NCBI RefSeq assembly: GCF_021057185.1
Contig: NZ_CP054059.1
Coordinates: forward strand, 90,001 to 122,000
Length of the DNA: 32,000 nucleotides
Direction: 5' to 3'
Source: Candidatus Absconditicoccus praedator
Lineage (GTDB): Bacteria > Patescibacteriota > Gracilibacteria > Absconditabacterales > Absconditicoccaceae
The notes below the pieces were generated by a model. That model ran no database searches. It was not told the origin of the DNA and was given only the letters and a program-made list of their open reading frames with translations. Below are positions 26,774-32,000 of this stretch, one piece after another. The translations under genes and the position numbers were made by a program. Positions within the stretch are counted from its first letter, which is position 1; each line of letters begins with the position of its first letter.

Positions 26774-29023
26774 ATGAGTAAAAATTTTGAGAATCAAAAT
26801 CATTCAAATACAAATGGTAATTTAAAAAATTCCAAAGTTTCTTCTAATACTGCTTTGTATGTAGCAATTGCAATTTCATTTACTTGAATGTCTGCAGAAT
26901 CTAGATCTAATACAATTGATGATTATTGTGATACACAAGAAACAACACAAACTTATCAAGTTGTTTCTTGAGATACTTTGTATACTGTTATGAGAGATCA
27001 GTTTTGACTTGATTATAGTGATGCTGAAGATAGGATGGCTTTCAAGCAAGAAAATAATATGCCTTCACCTGCACTTAGTGTATGAGATGAACTTACTTGG
27101 ACCACCACAGAAACTCAATGTGATATTCCTGATAATGCTTATGTTGTGCAAAGATGAGACGGTCCTTATTATGCTATGAATGCATTATGATTAGATTATA
27201 ATGATTCAGAACAGGTAGAAAGATTTTTTGAGTACAATCAAATAGAAAATCGTTGAGGAAGATTTTATGTAGATGGTGAGCCTATGGAAGAATGACATGT
27301 GTTCTTTGAGCCAGAAGAATCAGAAGAATCTAGGGTTAAATGAGATTTTCAAGAAACATACAAATTGCAGCCATGAGATAGTATAAAAGAGGCAATGATA
27401 TGACTTTGAATGGATCCAGATGATGAAGAACAAAGATCTGATTTTTTCAATTATAATAATATTACTATACTTAGAGGTCTCCCTCGTATAGATGGTGAAG
27501 TTTTTCAGCCTTGAGATGAAGTAAAACTTCCTTCAAGATATTTGTGAAAAGTTAAGTTGCAGGAAAGTTATGAAGTACAACATTGAGATAATTTGGATAA
27601 TGTGATTGAATGACTTGGGCTTGATCCAGATAATGAAGATCACAAACAGGATGTTTTAAATTATAATAATATGCAGGTAGTTGGAAGATTTGCTTATTAC
27701 AAGTGAAGAATAATTTCTCCAGGAGATCTGATAGAACTGCCTGCAAACTATCATACAAAGAAAAAAGTAAAAGAAGATGAAGTAGCACCTGATGCAGATG
27801 TAATGCAGGATGTAAGTGAGTTTAAGATATGAGAGTGAGTAAATGAAAGAGTTTTGTCTGTTTGACAAAAAATTTACTATATGGATGATGAAGAAAATAT
27901 TTATGATGCAAAGGTTGAATGAATAAATTATTGAGGTGATGTGGTAGTTTCCATAACAGGTGATCCCTTTAGGAAAGTTGCTCAGCATGACCAATTTAGG
28001 CTGATCAAAGATGGTGATGCTTTTGAAAGAATCAATTTGATCAAAGAGTATAAAGAAAGATTTGAAGAAAGGATAGATAGGACATTAGCATGGGCTGGAA
28101 ATGAAAGCAATCCAATACATGTTCCGTCCAATTATCAGGAAAAACTTGAAAATGAGCTTCAAGCTCTAAAAAATGTTGCATTATCTCAAGTATCTGAACA
28201 AGAAAAAAGAGAAGAGCTGGTAAGGCAGTGAAGATATTTCACAGAAATTATTGATTATCCATTGAGAACTATGGATTTGGTTCAGTTATTTGATGATGTG
28301 GCAACTATGATGAGAATAAAAAATGCCAGAATGTATTTTGAATCTATGGATTCTGATACATTTGTAGAATATAAAAACAGATATGGTTTTAATTCTGTGA
28401 TAAATATGCTAAGATTAAAAAGAACAGTTAATTATACTGCTCAAAGTAAAAATTATATAAATCAGATAGATGGGTTGGTGGAAGACTTGTTTGAAAGATA
28501 CAATTACAATGAAAGGTGATGAAAAGAACTTCCAGATTATTACAAGATATTGCTTGTGTGATTGATTGACTTGGAGTCAAAATTTAATCCATTCAATATA
28601 TGACAAGCAGGAGAACTTTGAATGGCTCAAATAATGCCAAGTAATTTTTTGGCTTGAAATGCTTGGTTCAACAGGAAAGAAATAAATCCTTTCAATCCAG
28701 AGATATCACTTTCTTGGGCAATAACTTATCTTAATTATATTTACAACAGATTTCGTACTGTAAATTTGTGAGATGGTGGATACGACCTGGCTGAGATGGT
28801 TCTTACTTGATATAATATGTGACCATCAAGAGTTATTAGATGAAGTTGACAAACTTTTAGGGTGGTTATAAACAGGTATCCTTGAAGAGTAATTAATAGT
28901 GTAAATGAATTGTTGAGAACTCATGATAATATTAGAGAAATGGCAGCTTGAATGTCCCAGCAAGATAAAAATAGATTACAAGAATTATGAGTAGATCCAA
29001 ACTTATTAAGAAGGCATTACTAA
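26774..29023 (+). CDS. Membrane-anchored protein with 4 divergent LysM-like repeats and a C-terminal lytic transglycosylase (SLT) domain (749 aa)
   Basis: N-terminal anchor ALYVAIAISFTG. Repeats: YQVVSGDTLYTVMRDQFGLD, YVVQRGDGPYYAMNALGLD, YKLQPGDSIKEAMIGLGMD, YEVQHGDNLDNVIEGLGLD. SLT motifs: LESKFNPFNIGQAGELGMAQIMPSNF ... LTGYNMGPSRV. Joins track ORFs 27941..28231 and 28262..28519. Confidence 0.85.
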
Positions 29024-29100
29024 ACTTTTGTTTGTAAATATTGTTGAAAAAAAAAGAAAAAATATTATAGTTTCTTTATTTAAGAATTTAAGTTTAGTAT

Positions 29101-31365
29101 ATGCCAACAAAAACTAAAGCTTCCACAACAAAAAAGTCTACTAAATCTACCACCTCAAAAACCACAACTTCTAAAAAATCCACAAAACCATCAAAATGAA
29201 AAAATCTTGTGATTGTGGAATCTCCTGCAAAATCCAACACAATAAAAAAATTTCTATGAAATGAATGGGCAGTAGAGGCTAGTATGTGACATGTAGTGGA
29301 TTTGCCCAAAAAATGATTTTGAGTAGATATAGACAACAATTTCAAGCCAGAGTATGAAACAATGCCCGACAAGAAAAAAACAGTTAATAATCTTAAAAAA
29401 CTTGTTAAAAGTTATGAAAAAATATGGATAGCAACAGATGAAGATCGTGAATGAGAAGCTATATGATGGCATTTGATAAATGTTTTAAATCTAAAAAAAG
29501 AAGATACTCCAAGAATAGTGTTCCATGAGATAACAAAAGATGCGATTCAAGAGGCTGTCAAAAATCCTAGGACAATAGATGAAAATTTGGTAAGTAGTCA
29601 GCAAGCAAGAAGAATTCTTGATAGGTTAGTATGATTTAAAATTTCTCCAGTTCTTTGGAGTAAAGTAAAAAGATGACTTAGTGCGGGTAGAGTTCAGTCT
29701 GTTGCAGTAAAGTTGATTGTAGAAAAAGAAAGAGAAATCCAAAACTTCAAACCTGAAGAGTCTTGGTCTGTTTTGTGATTGTTTAGTTATAATAAACAGG
29801 AATTCAAAGCAACTCTTGAGAAAATAAACTGAAAAAAAATATCTCTCAAAAAACAATCTGATTTACAAAAAATTTTTGATGAGATTTGATTGACCAAGAA
29901 GCCAAAAGAATCTTCAGAAGAAAAAACTTGAAATAAAATAATATATTTTGATGAAAAAATTCCTTTTCAAATAATACAACTAAAAAAATCAACTAGTAAA
30001 AGGTCTGCTTCTGCTCCTTTTATAACTTCAACATTACAGCAAGAAGCTAGTAATAAGCTTTGATGGTGAGTAAAGCAGGTAATGTCAGTTGCTCAAAAGT
30101 TGTATGAAAATTGATATATAACATACATGAGAACGGATAGTTTGAATTTGTCGTCTTGATTTATCAACTCTGCATGATCATATATTAAAAAAAATTACTG
30201 AAAAGAGTTTGTTCAAACCAAAAACTATAAAACAAAATCAAAATGAGCGCAAGAAGCCCATGAAGCAATAAGGCCTACAGATATAAATAAAACCCCAAAA
30301 AATGTTGGGCTTTCTGGGAATGAAGCAAAGTTGTATACATTGATATGGACAAGAAGTTTAGCTACTCAAATGGCAGATGCAAAGCTTGAAAATCTTACAT
30401 TGAAAATGACTGTGAAATGAAAAAATCATGAATGGTCTGCCAAAGGTCAGACAATAAAGTTTTTGGGTTTTATGCAAGTTTGGCAGGATGTTTTTGGAAA
30501 GATTCCGATGCAAGAAAATATTTTGCCACCTTTACAAAAAGATCAAGAAATTGAGTCGGACAAAATTTTGTCAAATCAGCATTTTACAAAACCACCAGCA
30601 AGATACACAGAGGCTACTTTGGTGAAAAAACTTGAAAGTGAGTGAATTTGAAGACCTTCTACATATGCACCAACAATAAGTACAATAATAGATAGAGGTT
30701 ATGTAGAAAAAAAAGATGACAAAAAACTTCATCCTACAGATATAGCATTTTTGGTGAATGATTTTTTGGAGTCAAACTTTAAAAGCTTGATGGATTACAA
30801 TTTTACAGCAAAAATGGAAGACAAGCTTGATAAAATTTCAGAATGAAAGCAAGACTGGGAAAAGATGTTGAAAGAATTTTGGAAAGATTTTGAAAAAGAT
30901 TTGCAAGCATCAGATAAAAGCGAAAAAGCTAAAATGTATGTATGAGAAAAATGTCCTAAATGTTGATGAGATTTGGTGTATAAGTTTTGAAAAACAGGTA
31001 AGTTTATAGGTTGTGATAATTATCCTGACTGTAAATATGTTACAAACACCAAAGAAGAACAAGATTATATCCAACAACTAAAAGATAAATATGAATGAAA
31101 ACCTTGTCCAGAATGAGGTAATATAGTGGTAAAAGTATGAAGATATTGACCGTTTTTGGCTTCGGATAAGTATCCTGAAGTAAAGTGGATATGAAAAATA
31201 CCAGATGAGAAAACAGAGAAATTGCAGGAACAATTTGGCTGAGAAACTTGTGATAAATGTGGAGAATGAAAAATGGTTGTGAAAAAATGAAGAAGATGAC
31301 CATTTTTGGCTTGTGATAAATATCCAGACTGCAAAAATGCCAAACCTATTCCTAAGAAAAAATAA
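29101..31365 (+). CDS. topA: DNA topoisomerase I (754 aa) with a Ser/Thr/Lys-rich N-terminal tail and three C-terminal zinc ribbons
   Basis: [19 protein letters not shown] (Toprim), [57 protein letters not shown] (catalytic Tyr), and the CPKCGG...[14 protein letters not shown]..., CDKCGEG...CDKYPDCK fingers. Confidence 0.92.
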
Positions 31366-31410
31366 TTTTTTGATATTTGACAAAATAAAAAAGATGGTTA
31401 TAAATAGTAT

Positions 31411-31435
31411 GCTGGTAGTTTTGCCAGCGTTTTTT
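31411..31435 (+). terminator. Terminator-like hairpin after topA
   Basis: GCTGG-tagttttg-CCAGC followed by gTTTTTT, ~45 nt after the topA TAA. It is overlapped upstream by TTGACA(31377)-N16-TATAAA. Confidence 0.55.
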
Positions 31436-31451
31436 ATAAAAAGGAGAATAT

Positions 31452-31655
31452 ATGCACAAAGTCCAGACTGTCCAGACTGAACGGGCTGCAAACTCTATCA
31501 TTACTGGCAGAGAGGTTATGAGACTCCAAAGCGAAGATGACTTTTGGAGACTTGTAGATGAACGTAGGGGAAATGAGGATGTAATTCCTCTCAGCCCCTT
31601 AGCTATAGAGTGTGCGGCCAAGAAGGGATGGTTGAAGACACCTGAGGTGTTATAA
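31452..31655 (+). CDS. Small hypothetical soluble protein (67 aa); SD-led, TGA-free, GC-elevated cassette ORF
   Basis: AAGGAG sits 6 nt before the ATG at 31452. MHKVQTVQTERAANSIITGREVMRLQSEDDFWRLVDERRGNEDVIPLSPLAIECAAKKGWLKTPEVL. TAA stop, then a double-hairpin terminator. Confidence 0.55.
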   Translation: MHKVQTVQTERAANSIITGREVMRLQSEDDFWRLVDERRGNEDVIPLSPLAIECAAKKGWLKTPEVL

Positions 31656-31701
31656 CACTTCAGGTATCCACCTTGGAGTTTACTCCAAGGTGGTCTTTTT
31701 T
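31639..31701 (+). terminator. Double-hairpin intrinsic terminator
   Basis: ACACCTGAGGTG-ttataa-CACTTCAGGT, then CCACCTTGGAG-ttta-CTCCAAGGTGG (11 bp perfect), followed by TCTTTTTT. Confidence 0.75.
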
Positions 31702-31865
31702 GTTGAAAAATATTTAAAATTATTTATAAAATACTTATTTAGGAGGTTGCTCCTTTTTTATTTATATTGTTATCTTAAATGTTTTTAAATTCTTCTTAAG
31801 ATTAACTTTTAGATAATAGTTTTTAGTAATTAAGCTCTCAAAAAAATATGTTGTATAGTTGAAAT

Positions 31866-32000
31866 ATGATTGGTAGGTTGATAAATATTGATGATAGTTA
31901 TGAAAATTTAGTAAAAAATTTAACATTGAAGTCTTGTGAAGTAGAAGAAGTCAAAAAAAGACAGCTTCCAGATGAGTTGGTTGTTTGAAAGACTACAAAA
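31866..32000 (+). CDS. Probable phenylalanyl-tRNA synthetase beta subunit, N-terminal 45 codons (runs off the window)
   Basis: MIGRLINIDDSYENLVKNLTLKSCEVEEVKKRQLPDELVVGKTTK resembles the PheT N-terminus (...L...G.EVE.V...... vvvGkv tRNA-binding domain). One TGA=Gly falls in the VVG motif. The sequence is short, so the call is tentative. Confidence 0.45.

Noticed and set aside
2354-30645. Track ORFs 2354..2740, 11218..11409, 11891..12220, 14584..14997, 16187..16390, 17569..17886, 19596..19826, 27941..28231, 28262..28519 and 30463..30645 as independent genes
   Set aside because: Each is an internal or C-terminal fragment of a longer table-25 gene (integrase, hsdR, KAP, hsdS, the 17317 gene, hsdM, LysM-SLT, topA), bounded by TGA=Gly codons.
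31040-31621. Four overlapping minus-strand ORFs (87-137 aa)
   Set aside because: They are antisense to the topA zinc-ribbon region and to the 31452 ORF. They overlap one another in different frames and have no start signals.

Overview
AT-rich (roughly 30% GC by eye) bacterial chromosomal segment. All coordinates and translations were derived by hand and no database search was possible. The backbone genes only translate sensibly if TGA is read as glycine (translation table 25, Gracilibacteria/Absconditabacteria-type CPR lineage), so the supplied standard-code ORF track fragments almost every real gene. Re-translated, the window contains: uvrC (partial), a tyrosine recombinase, thrS, a 544-aa hypothetical, an IS481-family insertion sequence, and an HtpX-like M48 protease. 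It also contains a type I restriction-modification system whose hsdR, hsdS and hsdM are separated by accessory genes: a NYN-domain protein, a membrane-anchored KAP/Tmn-like P-loop NTPase, a DedA-family membrane protein and a coiled-coil membrane protein. Further along are a yjjX-umuD-umuC-like operon, a 4xLysM lytic transglycosylase, topA and the start of a probable pheT. The most unusual signal is a second class of genes superimposed on this backbone. These are small, GC-elevated, self-contained cassettes with a near-consensus TTGACA/TATAAT promoter, a strong GGAGG Shine-Dalgarno, an ORF with no in-frame TGA, and a GC-rich intrinsic terminator. They sit at ~3.07-3.62 kb, ~9.5-9.7 kb, 19.86-23.15 kb (five cassettes) and ~31.4-31.7 kb. 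Backbone genes, by contrast, have no SD and use TGA heavily for Gly. Three cassette ORFs, including a proteobacterial-type, visibly GC-rich dapD, end at TGA with a terminator hairpin immediately downstream. They therefore behave as standard-code genes inside a code-25 genome. Two GC-rich structured intergenic elements (9522-9684 and 17017-17200) are candidate novel RNAs or regulatory elements in and next to the R-M island.
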